From NCBI GenBank assembly GCA_016432645.1, contig CP066698.1, forward strand, positions 197,062-261,061: a DNA stretch of 64,000 nucleotides, read 5' to 3'. Source of the stretch: Candidatus Falkowbacteria bacterium (GTDB lineage: Bacteria; Patescibacteriota; Patescibacteriia; Patescibacteriales; UBA12465). How positions within the stretch are numbered: position 1 is the stretch's first letter; every line of letters begins with the position of its first letter. The notes beneath the pieces are model-generated. The model ran no database searches. It worked only from the letters and a program-made list of their open reading frames with translations, and was not told the DNA's origin. The position numbers and the translations under genes were made by a program. Positions 48,226 to 58,222 of the stretch are shown here, one piece after another.

Positions 48226-49083
48226 ATGAATAAAAATTATTGGTACTTTCTCTCTGTTATTCTCTTTCTAGCGCTGGGGCTGGCCGGATTTTTAATCTAT
48301 CAAAAATCTCTGGAAAGCCTCCCGGTAGACCCCGGAATTGATATCAAACAAGCGACTCCGGCCGAGTTGCAACAAGCGCAGGACAGACTGGAAAAAGACC
48401 AGGCGACTTTCAGTGAGGCTCAAACTAGCAATGATTTAGAATTATGTAAAACAATTACTAATTCCGATTTGCGAAAAAACTGCAATGTCCAGATTCAATT
48501 CAATAATGCTTTTGCCTCGCAAAAAATAAACGATTGTGAAAAAATAGATGATAAAATGTTCAAAACAAGCTGCGTAGAAAATTTAGCGACCAGCGGAACA
48601 AGCACTGGCTGTCAGATACTAAGCGATGACGAATTAAAAGACGCCTGCCTATCAATTACTTATTATAATCAAGCTAAGGCGGAAAATAAAACAGAAATCT
48701 GTAATCAAATACCGGAATTGATTAGGCGCGCCAACTGCTTATCAGAATTACAAAAGGTTGACTTGCATTCCGACGCCGACGAGGACGGTTTTGATTTCTT
48801 GCAGGAAATCATTAACGGTACCGACCCGAATCTTAAGGACACGGACAACGATGGCTACCAGGACGGCTATGAATTCCAAAATGGCTTTAATCCTGATGGC
48901 CGGGGACCTTTAAATACTCAACTGCCAATCAATATTGACTATTGTAAAAGCCTGACCGACAATAATTTAAAAATAACCTGTCTGCAAGAATTTGAAGGCA
49001 ACCCGCTGGACCTATTTAACTGCGAGAAGGTTAAAAACCAATCATTGCGCAGCTATTGTCTAAAAAACATGGATATAAAATAA
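48226..49083 (+). CDS. Membrane-anchored protein with Cys-pair repeats and Ca-binding DxDxDG repeats
   Basis: About six C-x2-I/L-x6-C repeats; DADEDG...E...GTDP..KDTDNDGY.DG.E. Confidence 0.7.
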   Translation: MNKNYWYFLSVILFLALGLAGFLIYQKSLESLPVDPGIDIKQATPAELQQAQDRLEKDQATFSEAQTSNDLELCKTITNSDLRKNCNVQIQFNNAFASQKINDCEKIDDKMFKTSCVENLATSGTSTGCQILSDDELKDACLSITYYNQAKAENKTEICNQIPELIRRANCLSELQKVDLHSDADEDGFDFLQEIINGTDPNLKDTDNDGYQDGYEFQNGFNPDGRGPLNTQLPINIDYCKSLTDNNLKITCLQEFEGNPLDLFNCEKVKNQSLRSYCLKNMDIK

Positions 49084-49099
49084 AACCTATATAACGAAT

Positions 49100-49130
49100 A
49101 AAAAAGACCCCGGAATTTCCGGGGTCTTTT
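49100..49130. terminator. Bidirectional terminator
   Basis: AAAAGACCCCGGAA-T-TTCCGGGGTCTTTT. Confidence 0.8.
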
Positions 49131-49149
49131 ATAAATCCCGATACTAAAA

Positions 49150-49776
49150 TTAAATCGCAGCGCCGGTTCTTTGAAAGTCTCTGATTATCTTGATTACAAT
49201 CCCCCTGATTTCCACATTCTTGCGGAAAATCGGCTCAAAGGTCGGATTAGCCGGCTGCAGTCTGATTCTTCCCTTTTCCTTATAATATCTTTTTAGAGTC
49301 GCCTCGTTATCATCAATAATCGCCACGGCGGTATCGCCATTATCCGCCCAGGACTGCTTTTTAATAATCGCGAAGTCGCCATCAAAAATCCCGTCGCCAA
49401 TCATCGAATTTCCCCTTACTCTCAGAGCGTATAAATCGCCATCCTGGAAGCGTTTGTCCCGAGCAATCTCAATAGCCTCATCCGGGACTTCAATCGCCTC
49501 TATGGGCCTTCCAGCGGCTATTACGCCAACTAGAGGAACGGACATAAACTCTTGCTTAGCGTTAAGAGTTACCAGCTCCAAGCTGCGGGCTACCCCCTTA
49601 ACTTTTTTAATAATTCCCTTATCAATCAAATTCGCGATATGCTCGTGAATAGTGGAGATTGTGGAAACCCCAAACTTATCCTTAATCTCGGTTAAGGAAG
49701 GCGCATAGCCGTGCTTCTCGCTATACTCAGCGATGAAGTCGCGGATTTCCGCCTGTTTTTTTGTAAGCGTTGTCAT
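49150..49776 (-). CDS. lexA: SOS repressor LexA
   Basis: LTKKQ...GYAPS..EI wHTH, Ala-Gly cleavage site IAAG, GNSM and ATLKR. Start set at MTTL. Confidence 0.95.
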   Translation of the reverse strand: MTTLTKKQAEIRDFIAEYSEKHGYAPSLTEIKDKFGVSTISTIHEHIANLIDKGIIKKVKGVARSLELVTLNAKQEFMSVPLVGVIAAGRPIEAIEVPDEAIEIARDKRFQDGDLYALRVRGNSMIGDGIFDGDFAIIKKQSWADNGDTAVAIIDDNEATLKRYYKEKGRIRLQPANPTFEPIFRKNVEIRGIVIKIIRDFQRTGAAI

Positions 49777-49810
49777 ATATTTGTTAATTATAATTATACC
49801 TACATTATAC

Positions 49811-49826
49811 CCGAAACTAACCCGAA
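49811..49826 (-). promoter_or_regulatory. LexA box (direct repeat)
   Basis: Minus strand TTCGG-GTTAGT-TTCGG lies 1 nt before a TATAAT. It matches the TTCGG-N6-TTCGG motif I recall for Patescibacteria LexA. Confidence 0.8.
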
Positions 49827-49876
49827 GCACAAGAGCAAAAGAAAACCCCGTAATTACGGGGCTATTTTGAAGGTGG

Positions 49877-50884
49877 CTAAGGCTTGGAGCGATGCGATAT
49901 TTCGGTTTTAAACTGGGCTAAATTAAGTTCCCCAGAAAACAGGCGATGAATCAAATGTAAAATATGGTAATCCTCAATTTTGGTAATAAGCGGTAAAGCG
50001 GTAATTGTTTTTAAGCCTTCAATTGTCTTTTTTTCTGCTTTCATTTTCTGCTCGGCCTCCTCAATGCTTAATCCCTGCCCGACTAAAATGCCGAACTCTT
50101 TATTCCGAGTTTTTCCGGTACAACTCACCCAGAGATCATTGCCCCAGCATTGGCTGCCTAAAGAAAAAGTTTTAGCCTGAGCGCCAAACTGTTTGGTGGC
50201 AATCGCTTCAACTTCAGCGGCAGCGCGAGAAATAATCCGCGTCTCCACGCTATAGGGCAAACCGAGGCCATTAGTGATGCCGGCTAAGATAGATAATACA
50301 TTTTTAAAGGCGGCAGCGCATTCCACGCCCGCCACGTCATCGGTCGGATAAACAAACAGATGCTCCGAGGCAAAAATGGATGCGAGTTCCGGCCACAAAT
50401 CAGTTTCCCGGCAAGCCAAACTCGCTCCTAAGGGGCCGTGGTTAAGTAAGTCGCTGGCAATCATCCCACCGGAGAGCATAGCATAAGTATAATCTTTACC
50501 GGTTAATTTTTCCGCGACAATTTCGGAAATACGCAAACCGGTTTGGCTATGGAAAGCTTTGGAAGTATTAACAATCGTTAAGGGCTTTTGAATAAAGGGA
50601 GCGATTTCCTCTAAAACCGCGCCGACCGAATCGGAAGTGACAGATAAAATCAAAACATCACAGTCCGCTAGCAGCGCTTGCGAATTAGGCGCGATTAAAA
50701 CGCGGCGGCTAATTTCCACCGGCTTAAATAAAGATAAATGTTGGCGCTGGCTATCTAAATGAGTATTTAAAAGCGGATTACGGTCGTAAGCATTTAGAGA
50801 AAAATCGCTTGCTTCTTTACGGTCCAAATGCTTCAAAATGGCATAGCCGAAATTGCCGATGCCATAGATAGAAACTTTTTTCAT
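49877..50884 (-). CDS. gpsA: NAD(P)H-dependent glycerol-3-phosphate dehydrogenase
   Basis: GIGNFG Rossmann motif, SK, LSG, DVAGVE...AFKNV..I.AG, DL..SC...RN..FG and IEG. Confidence 0.85.
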   Translation of the reverse strand: MKKVSIYGIGNFGYAILKHLDRKEASDFSLNAYDRNPLLNTHLDSQRQHLSLFKPVEISRRVLIAPNSQALLADCDVLILSVTSDSVGAVLEEIAPFIQKPLTIVNTSKAFHSQTGLRISEIVAEKLTGKDYTYAMLSGGMIASDLLNHGPLGASLACRETDLWPELASIFASEHLFVYPTDDVAGVECAAAFKNVLSILAGITNGLGLPYSVETRIISRAAAEVEAIATKQFGAQAKTFSLGSQCWGNDLWVSCTGKTRNKEFGILVGQGLSIEEAEQKMKAEKKTIEGLKTITALPLITKIEDYHILHLIHRLFSGELNLAQFKTEISHRSKP

Positions 50885-50968
50885 ATCTTTTTATTTTAGA
50901 TAAAAAATATGGAAAAAGCAATTTCCGAGAACTCCCGCAAGGGGGTCCGTTTTTGTATATATATGAAA

Positions 50969-51799
50969 TTAATATTTCTGCTCTAGTTTTTCGATATTTG
51001 AATTGCCAATTAATGATTTCATTTGCGAAATTGCACTTTGGTTTAATTTTAAAAGTCTGTCTGGCTGCGTTAGGCCATCCTTTATATATTCGGCATTGAT
51101 ACTTTCAAGATTAGCCAGAACAATCAATTGACAAACATTGGAATAATCACGAATATTACCTTCTAATTTAGGGTTTTTATCCCGCCATTCTTTAGCGGTT
51201 AAATTAAATAAGGCTTTATTTAAAACATCAGCTTCGCTCGCATAAGCGATATTTGTCTCAGAATTTGATAATTCAAACGGTAAAATAAGATTATTCTGAA
51301 TTGCATCAGTATGAATCTTATAATTAATTTTAGTTAACATCCGCTTTACGTCCCAGTCGAAAGCAAGCCTCTGATTTTCTTCTGCTTTTAGTCTTTGAAA
51401 CTCTTTTATAAGATATAATTTAAACTCCGGAGAAAGCCAGGTCGCAAATTCAAAAGCAATATCTTTATGGGCGAAAGTGCCGCCATATCTACCTGTTGCA
51501 GATTTAATACCAATTGCGCGAGTTTTTTTAATCCACGCCGAAGACGAAAGTATAAAGCCGTTAGTTCCAGCTTCATTTTTAATGTTATGGAATTCCATAA
51601 CATTAAAATTAGCATTATATACTTGTTCCCAGGCGCCAATAAATTGAATTGTATACTTAGTAGTGAGCCAATTAGCAATAACTATCCCCGTAGACTCAGT
51701 ATTTTTAAACTTGGCCATATCCGTTAAAGAAATATAATCATCTCCTTCCCGTGATGTGTTTACAGCTATTGCTTTGTGGTGGATAAGAATTTTTTTCAT
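50969..51799 (-). CDS. KilA-N domain DNA-binding protein
   Basis: DYISLTDMAK and GRYGGTFAHKDIAFEFATWLSPEFKLYLIKEFQRLK. Confidence 0.9.
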   Translation of the reverse strand: MKKILIHHKAIAVNTSREGDDYISLTDMAKFKNTESTGIVIANWLTTKYTIQFIGAWEQVYNANFNVMEFHNIKNEAGTNGFILSSSAWIKKTRAIGIKSATGRYGGTFAHKDIAFEFATWLSPEFKLYLIKEFQRLKAEENQRLAFDWDVKRMLTKINYKIHTDAIQNNLILPFELSNSETNIAYASEADVLNKALFNLTAKEWRDKNPKLEGNIRDYSNVCQLIVLANLESINAEYIKDGLTQPDRLLKLNQSAISQMKSLIGNSNIEKLEQKY

Positions 51800-51932
51800 A
51801 AATTTGTATTATTAAAATCGATCTGGTCTAATACTCAAATATTAACAAAACAAAGATAAACCCGGGCTAAGCTAAAAATAAAAAAACCCTCAATTTCTTG
51901 AAGGCTTTTTCCAAAGAACGAAGTCTAAAATT

Positions 51933-52364
51933 TTATCTCCCTGATAGGAAAGCGTTTTTAAGGCTGTTTAAGCGCGAATTGCTATGTTCCCAGAGGGTGG
52001 CGGAAATCATTAAAATTAAGCCGCAGATAAGCGCCGGCACGGAGCAGGCAAAATTAAAGATGCCTGGAAATAAGTGGCCGACATGGAAACTGATAGTTAA
52101 GAGCCAGCTCCCTAACCAGACAACGAAAACGACAACCAGCAAAAGACCGGTATAAAACAGGAAATAGGCGGCAGACATAGAATGTTTCCGATGTAAAAAT
52201 AGAAATTTCATGATGATTATCAAATAATAAGTTCCGACAAGCATCATAAAGCCGGTACTCATTCGCGGATTGCTCTCATAGAACATATCCACAAACACAA
52301 AGGATATTAGGGCCAAAAAGCTGTTCATCAAGAACGCCGACAAACTGAAAGGTTGTTTTGCCAT
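51933..52364 (-). CDS. Hypothetical four-TM membrane protein
   Basis: Four hydrophobic segments; start set at MAKQ. Confidence 0.55.
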   Translation of the reverse strand: MAKQPFSLSAFLMNSFLALISFVFVDMFYESNPRMSTGFMMLVGTYYLIIIMKFLFLHRKHSMSAAYFLFYTGLLLVVVFVVWLGSWLLTISFHVGHLFPGIFNFACSVPALICGLILMISATLWEHSNSRLNSLKNAFLSGR

Positions 52365-52514
52365 GACTATATATTTTTTAGTTGTTAAAGAAAGAAAATT
52401 AAATATAATTATCATCTAATCTAGCACTAAATAAGGGTGGGGTCAATCGGAGTAAGAATTTATATATTTATTTTAATAGTTAGAGGTTCTGTCACAATAA
52501 AGGCTCCAGACATA

Positions 52515-52550
52515 ACAAAAGCCCCTCTCCGAAGAGAGGGGCTTGTTGTT
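52515..52550 (-). terminator. Terminator of the S-layer-like gene
   Basis: Minus strand AAGCCCCTCTC-TTCG-GAGAGGGGCTT-TTGTT. Confidence 0.8.
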
Positions 52551-52618
52551 TCTAGTTATCCTACTAGAGGAGGCCAATTAATTAAAGAAAATTGGGAAGA
52601 CTTAACCAGTTGTAACTA

Positions 52619-55600
52619 TTAGTTACTAATGGTGGTACCAGAAAGAGTGGTTGTGCCTAATCTCAAAGGAGATTTAGCAGTAGCAGATGAAGAGTCTTTC
52701 CAAGTAATGTTAGCCATGTTAGCAACTGGGGAGCCAGTAACGGCAACCGTGCTGTCCATGTTATCTAAGCTTACATTAATAGAAACTGCCCCAGCATCGG
52801 TTACAGTGAAGGTAGGAGTTACCTTAACTAAGAAGTAAGCAGTTGTGCCTGGCATTACTTCAAAGTCAGCACCTGTGATACCGGTAGTGAAGCTGCTATA
52901 ACCAACACCCGTGGTTTGCAAATCCGCAATAGCTGACCCAGCCTTAGCGCCAGCAGTACCACCTATTCTTTCAATAGTGGAAGCAGTAGAACTTGCGTTA
53001 CCAGTAACCTTGACCTTAAATCCGTTGATATATGTCTTGACGGCATCACCATTAGATTCTGTGTTAGAGGAAGCATCAGCAGTTACGGCAATAATAGCAG
53101 TATTAGCAGCTTGACCGCTGTAAATCTTAGTAGAAACAGCGTTGCCAGAGTAACTAGAAACTAAAGCAACAGAAGACATTCTTGAAGCAAGAATACCTAG
53201 AGACTTAGAAGCTCCAGTTACAGTTCCAGAAGCAGTAATAGTACCATCATTATTGTTGTCATATCCTAACTCACCAGACTCTAAATTGGTGTCAGCGTCA
53301 GAGGCAACTAAAGAATCGCCAGAATCAAATCCTTGAGCTTCAATACCGTTGATAGTAAAGGTAATGTCCTTATCAAGAGCACCTGTTGCATCCTTACCAA
53401 TCTTAGATAAAGTTGCTTTCAAGTAATAACTCTTGGAAGACATTGGAACTACTAATTTATCGCCAGAGATATCAATAGTAGAATCTGTAGCAATCACGTT
53501 GGTTGAGCCTACTAAAGTAGAACCGTCATATAAAGCTAATTCGGAAACAATGCCATTGATATTTTCGCTAGCAATAACGTGTAGCTTGGTAACCTTTACA
53601 GTTTCGTTTTCCGCTCTCAATTTAAGAGCAGCAACACTACCGGTGGTGGTGTTAGCAACTTGATAAATATCCTTGCTAACAGCAGTGTCATTGGTGTCCA
53701 TAGAAATGTATAAAGCACCAGTGCCAGCTAAAGTGATGGTTCGAGCAGAAGTGGCAACAGAGCCAGATTCTGAAACATCTTTACCATCAACGTCTTCAAC
53801 GGTTGCACCGTTGATACCCATTTGCAGGGTTTTAGTTGAAGAATCGGTATTCTTTACAAATGATACAGTTACTTTATAGGTAACGGTAGTATTTGCGGCA
53901 ATCTCTTCATTTAAATCAGTGAAAGTTAAATCACTTCCGCTAATTTGAGAAGAAGACATGCTCTTTACTAAAGTAGTGCCCTTCCAAAGTTTAAGTCCGG
54001 AGATAGTTTGGGTTGAGAAACCTAAATTACCAGCGATCTTACTGACAGTTAAATCTCTAACATAGGCGTTAGAATTTGAAGCAGCCTTAACGTTGAAATT
54101 CAAAACTTCAACATCAGGAGTGCCGATAACTGCAGTGAAGGCAGATGATAAGGCATTCAAAGAGAAAGTAGCGCCAACTCCTTCAATAGTAACTTTCTTA
54201 AGTTCTACAGTATTAGGAGTGATGTCTGTGATAGCTGTATCATTGCCAGTTTCCTTAATGATCAAATCAGTTGAAGCATCAGCAATTTTTACAGTGTAAT
54301 CCTTGTCAGCGGATGCAGTTAATGTATCAAATCTGACAACTAATTCGTTAGTAACGCCGCTTGTCAACATTAGTCCCATGCTAGTATTGCTATAAACTTT
54401 AGTAGCAGTACCAGAAACGTAGGCTAAGTCATAAACAGTGTTATTTGTCTTGTTATATACTTCTACATTTTCAATCTTAGTAAAAGCAGCGGCTGTACCC
54501 TGGTTATCATTAGTTGTAGTGATGCTTAATTTCAAAGTTGATAATTCAGCATTCTTACCACTATTTACAGTAACCTTGAAAGTACCAGCTTCTTGGTTGT
54601 CAACATCTACTCTTAATTTATCATTGGCAGCGTTAACCTTTTCTACGCTGATAGTACCAGCTTTGATGGTTGCTAATAAAGCAGCACCAGTTGCTGTACC
54701 AGATACTGTTGTCTGATAACCATAATAGTCACCAGTTGCAGTAATATCAGAAGCGGATTCAAGATAAAGACCAATGGTCTTTGCAGCGCCATCAACTACA
54801 TCAGCAGTAACAGTTAATCTCTTATTAGCTGTATTTTTGTTGATTGTAATTGGGGTAGCTAAATTGAAGGTAACATAGCGGCTAGAAATTGAAGCGGCTG
54901 CTGCAACTTCCTTACCATCAAAGTTTAACTTCAAATTTTCAACAACGCTGTCAGAAGCAGTGCTTAAAGAGTCTTTCTTTAAAGTAACAGCTTTTACAAC
55001 AATGTTTTCAACGTTAGCATTATTAGATAATTTGAATTTGGCAATGGTAGCCCCCTTATCACCAAGTTTAACCTCGGATAAAGCAGAACCGTCTTTGTCA
55101 AAAACTAAATCACCAACAGTAACGGTAACTCCGGAAAAGATATTACCAGCAACTGGGAATGAACCGGAAACAGTGTTTCCAGCCATAACATCAGTAGCCT
55201 TAGCAATGCTTAAACCATGTTTACCAGTATCGCCAACAGTAGCTCTTACTTCAAAAGTAGCAGTTGTCCCAGCTGGGATAGTAACGGCGTTTGTGAAGTT
55301 AATTTGAGCTTCCTTATTAGAGTCAATATTACGTGCAGTGCTGTTTAATTTAACGTTGTTCTTATAAACAGAGATAGCGGTAATTTGAGATGGGGTGCCT
55401 AATCCAATAGCAGTTAATTTAACGCCAGAAACGATAGCATCGCCATCATTAGCGGCTGTTACATTAAACTTTAAAAGAGGATTAGAAGTACCAGTTGGGA
55501 TGTCATTAGAAGCTGGGGTGTTTGAGCTTAAAGAAACCATAACACCAGAACCAACTACAACATTACCAACGCTACCACCTTGTGCATCATTAGTTAAACC

Positions 55601-56260
55601 AGCTTCAGCAGCAGTGATGGCGGAACCGCCAGCAGTGATGGTGTTGCTGATAGTAATGATGTTGCCCATCGCGAAGCGATTAGCAGCTAAAGCAGATTCG
55701 GAAGCGATAGAACGATAGTTAGTACCGTCGTAGTAATATACGGCAGCGCTAGAAGCGTTCTTTACTAAAGAACCGGCAGGGACTGCACCATCAGCTAAAG
55801 CAGCGCCGATAGTGTAGTTAGTGAAGAAAGAGTCAGCGACATCGACAACTCTCTTGCTCCAGTTGGTGCCGTATAAAGCAGCAGCTTGAGCTTCACTTTG
55901 AATCTTTCTTAAAACGCCATTTGGTTCAACAGCGTATACAGAAGGATCAGTTGTAATCTTCACGAGCTTAGTACCCGGTCTCATAGTTACATTGCCGCCT
56001 AATGGGTAGCTTTGTAATTCAGATGCTGGGATAGTGACAACGCCACTGAAATCAGCATGCCAAGACATGTAGGTAGCTTCATTCGGGAAGACATATCTCT
56101 TGCCGTCGGAACCAAGGTAGTAGACAGAGGATAAACCATCCATCTTAATCAAGTCACCTGCAGAAGCAGCAGCTGAAGCCGGAGCTACAACTAAACCGCT
56201 CATAGCGATAACTGATAATACCATTACGCCGACAACTAAGAATTTGCGTAATTTATTCAT
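52619..56260 (-). CDS. Major surface/S-layer-like protein (1213 aa)
   Basis: Signal ending ASA; 'GDLIK...SVYY...DGKRYVFPNE.TY.SW' N-domain; tandem beta-sandwich repeats; strongly biased codon use (GCT/ACT/GTT/TCT) typical of high expression. Confidence 0.75.
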   Translation of the reverse strand: MNKLRKFLVVGVMVLSVIAMSGLVVAPASAAASAGDLIKMDGLSSVYYLGSDGKRYVFPNEATYMSWHADFSGVVTIPASELQSYPLGGNVTMRPGTKLVKITTDPSVYAVEPNGVLRKIQSEAQAAALYGTNWSKRVVDVADSFFTNYTIGAALADGAVPAGSLVKNASSAAVYYYDGTNYRSIASESALAANRFAMGNIITISNTITAGGSAITAAEAGLTNDAQGGSVGNVVVGSGVMVSLSSNTPASNDIPTGTSNPLLKFNVTAANDGDAIVSGVKLTAIGLGTPSQITAISVYKNNVKLNSTARNIDSNKEAQINFTNAVTIPAGTTATFEVRATVGDTGKHGLSIAKATDVMAGNTVSGSFPVAGNIFSGVTVTVGDLVFDKDGSALSEVKLGDKGATIAKFKLSNNANVENIVVKAVTLKKDSLSTASDSVVENLKLNFDGKEVAAAASISSRYVTFNLATPITINKNTANKRLTVTADVVDGAAKTIGLYLESASDITATGDYYGYQTTVSGTATGAALLATIKAGTISVEKVNAANDKLRVDVDNQEAGTFKVTVNSGKNAELSTLKLSITTTNDNQGTAAAFTKIENVEVYNKTNNTVYDLAYVSGTATKVYSNTSMGLMLTSGVTNELVVRFDTLTASADKDYTVKIADASTDLIIKETGNDTAITDITPNTVELKKVTIEGVGATFSLNALSSAFTAVIGTPDVEVLNFNVKAASNSNAYVRDLTVSKIAGNLGFSTQTISGLKLWKGTTLVKSMSSSQISGSDLTFTDLNEEIAANTTVTYKVTVSFVKNTDSSTKTLQMGINGATVEDVDGKDVSESGSVATSARTITLAGTGALYISMDTNDTAVSKDIYQVANTTTGSVAALKLRAENETVKVTKLHVIASENINGIVSELALYDGSTLVGSTNVIATDSTIDISGDKLVVPMSSKSYYLKATLSKIGKDATGALDKDITFTINGIEAQGFDSGDSLVASDADTNLESGELGYDNNNDGTITASGTVTGASKSLGILASRMSSVALVSSYSGNAVSTKIYSGQAANTAIIAVTADASSNTESNGDAVKTYINGFKVKVTGNASSTASTIERIGGTAGAKAGSAIADLQTTGVGYSSFTTGITGADFEVMPGTTAYFLVKVTPTFTVTDAGAVSINVSLDNMDSTVAVTGSPVANMANITWKDSSSATAKSPLRLGTTTLSGTTISN

Positions 56261-56730
56261 AAATAATAGTTAATTACTTTTGAGTGTCTAAACAATAGTA
56301 GTTTAAACGATTCAAAAATAATGATTGTCCAATTTTGGCTTACTCTCTTTTCTTCCCCGCTCTATTTTTAATAAATCAGTCGGAATCCCGCTCCGCCAAC
56401 CCGTTAAAGCTTAAGGCGAAGGCCAGCCGATCTCTATAAATAAAGTTCTGCCAGCCGAGCGCGTGTTGCCACAGGCTGGAGAAAAGCTTAACCGATTTAC
56501 CAATCATTGATTGGAGATTCAAAGGTTTGAGCTAAATTGGATATAAGTAAATTTGTAAGGGACAAACCACTCCTTTTAGGAGTTCGACCTTGACTTGGTT
56601 CGCCAGTCCGTTTTAACGCGGACTTATTAATTTATCTCACCGGGATGTCCGTGATAGGATGATATCTCTTCCGGTCAGGATCAGCCGTACAGGGAGATAA
56701 ACTAATAAGCACGCGCTAGTGCTTTTTTAT
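56261..56730 (-). promoter_or_regulatory. Long structured leader or ncRNA upstream of the S-layer-like gene
   Basis: About 470 nt with no credible ORF and many stems, e.g. 56623-56638 with 56694-56709 and 56328-56340 with 56530-56541. Confidence 0.5.
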
Positions 56731-56732
56731 TT

Positions 56733-57590
56733 TTATTTAATAATTTCTGTTACTTCGTTTAACTTATCAATCACGCTATGATAATCTTTGTTGTTGAATG
56801 ATTCTTTGGCTTCGTCAATTATCTTATCGGCTTCATTTATTTTAGCGTCAGCTTCCGCCTCAACTTTTATTTCTACGGAACTTGTCGCCTTGGTTTCGGT
56901 GCTAGTCGTGGTTTGTTCGGTTTTAATTGCCGCGCCGGCATTAATTACTGGGGCTTGGCGGGAGGCTTCATTTTCTTTAATTTGAATTCCCTGTTCGGTT
57001 TTATATTCAGTGGCAATCGCGACGGCCTCTTCCGACATTTCCACTGGCTCGTTGGTGCTGGTTTCTGTTTTATAGGATTTAGCGACGCTGGCGTTCACAA
57101 TTTTTTTAACGGTCTCAATTTCTTTATTAAAGCTATCACTTAACTTCGCTACTTGGTCCTTGTTCTCTTCATTATTGAAACTCGGGTCGGATAAGACGGC
57201 GGAGATATCTTGTGCATGGTTAGTCGCGAACTTAACGGCTAGCTTGTTTTTCTCCTCCGGGTTTAACAGCGTATTGAGCTTAGCCTTTTCGGAAATAATT
57301 CTGGCGATATACAAGGAGTCGTTTGGTTTGGCTTGGCTAAAAAGTTTATGGCCAAAAATACTGCTGGCAACCAGAACTAACATAAAAACGCCCAAGGCAA
57401 AAACCGGCTGCGAAGAAGCCTTTAAGAAACTTTTTAGATTGATGAAGAAGACCTGGCCGCCGGATAATTTATCGGCACCGGAATTGGAGATTTGGGCTAA
57501 AAAAAGCTCCCGATTGCTCGTAAGCCACGAGCTATCCGGATTAACATTTTTTAGGGTATTTAGTTTTGAGATTAAATCTTTGTCTGTCAT
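56733..57590 (-). CDS. Putative anti-sigma factor (DUF5667-like)
   Basis: L..LKNVNPD.SW N-domain, a TM helix and 'AKPNDSLY..RI.SEK'; lies directly after the ECF sigma. Confidence 0.65.
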   Translation of the reverse strand: MTDKDLISKLNTLKNVNPDSSWLTSNRELFLAQISNSGADKLSGGQVFFINLKSFLKASSQPVFALGVFMLVLVASSIFGHKLFSQAKPNDSLYIARIISEKAKLNTLLNPEEKNKLAVKFATNHAQDISAVLSDPSFNNEENKDQVAKLSDSFNKEIETVKKIVNASVAKSYKTETSTNEPVEMSEEAVAIATEYKTEQGIQIKENEASRQAPVINAGAAIKTEQTTTSTETKATSSVEIKVEAEADAKINEADKIIDEAKESFNNKDYHSVIDKLNEVTEIIK

Positions 57591-57600
57591 ACGCTATAAT

Positions 57601-57627
57601 ATACGGAAAAACTCCAGAAACGTTACA
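57601..57627 (-). promoter_or_regulatory. ECF-sigma-type promoter
   Basis: TGTAAC-16-CGTAT, 10 nt before the anti-sigma start. Confidence 0.65.
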
Positions 57628-57643
57628 GTTAATTAATAGTTGA

Positions 57644-58222
57644 CTAAGCGTTCGGCTTAGGCTCAATTAGGTCTTTTAGAGCGCTGAGCGCACGGTGCAG
57701 CAAAACTCTAACATTTCCACGGCTTTTTTGGGTAATATCGGAGATTTCTTCCAAGCTTAAATCATTGATAAAGCGCATGATAATAATTTCCCGATATTCC
57801 TCTTTTAAAAACGGCAATTTACTGACAATTCGTTTTAAATCCTGATCATCATCAATTTTATCGGATTGGCTCATATCAGCCGCAATATCAATTGGATTTT
57901 CCTCATCATCAAGCGAAATTGGCTTATGACTTCCCCGTTCGCGATAATAGTCAATAATGGCATTTCTGGCGACTTTATAGAGCAAGGCGCGCAGGGTTTT
58001 GGCGTCTTCCAGGGTGTTTTTTTGGATATGGTCCCAGGTCTTTAAAAAGATAATTGAAGTTAAATCATTAGCTTCTTCCCGACTGCCGATTTTAAAATAA
58101 ACGAAGCGGTGGATATCGCTCACATTAGCATCATAAACCTCAGTAAAAACCTCCTTATCCCGGCTTTTCAGACGGCTTAGGGTTTGCTTATTCTTAAATT
58201 TTTTAACTATATTAGACGGCAT
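57644..58222 (-). CDS. ECF RNA polymerase sigma factor
   Basis: Region 2 'ANDLTS.IFLK.W...LYKVARN.IIDYYR'; region 4 'LSLEEIS......GNVRVLLHRAL'. Confidence 0.93.
   Translation of the reverse strand: MPSNIVKKFKNKQTLSRLKSRDKEVFTEVYDANVSDIHRFVYFKIGSREEANDLTSIIFLKTWDHIQKNTLEDAKTLRALLYKVARNAIIDYYRERGSHKPISLDDEENPIDIAADMSQSDKIDDDQDLKRIVSKLPFLKEEYREIIIMRFINDLSLEEISDITQKSRGNVRVLLHRALSALKDLIEPKPNA

Noticed and set aside
52629..55718. Multiple + strand ORFs antisense to the S-layer gene, and similar shadows over GT4, rplL and the 1685-aa gene
   Set aside because: Shadow frames produced by codon bias of the real genes.
56640..56700. SRP RNA (CCGGAAG-like motif)
   Set aside because: The conserved CAGG...GGAA...AGCAG domain IV context is missing on both strands.
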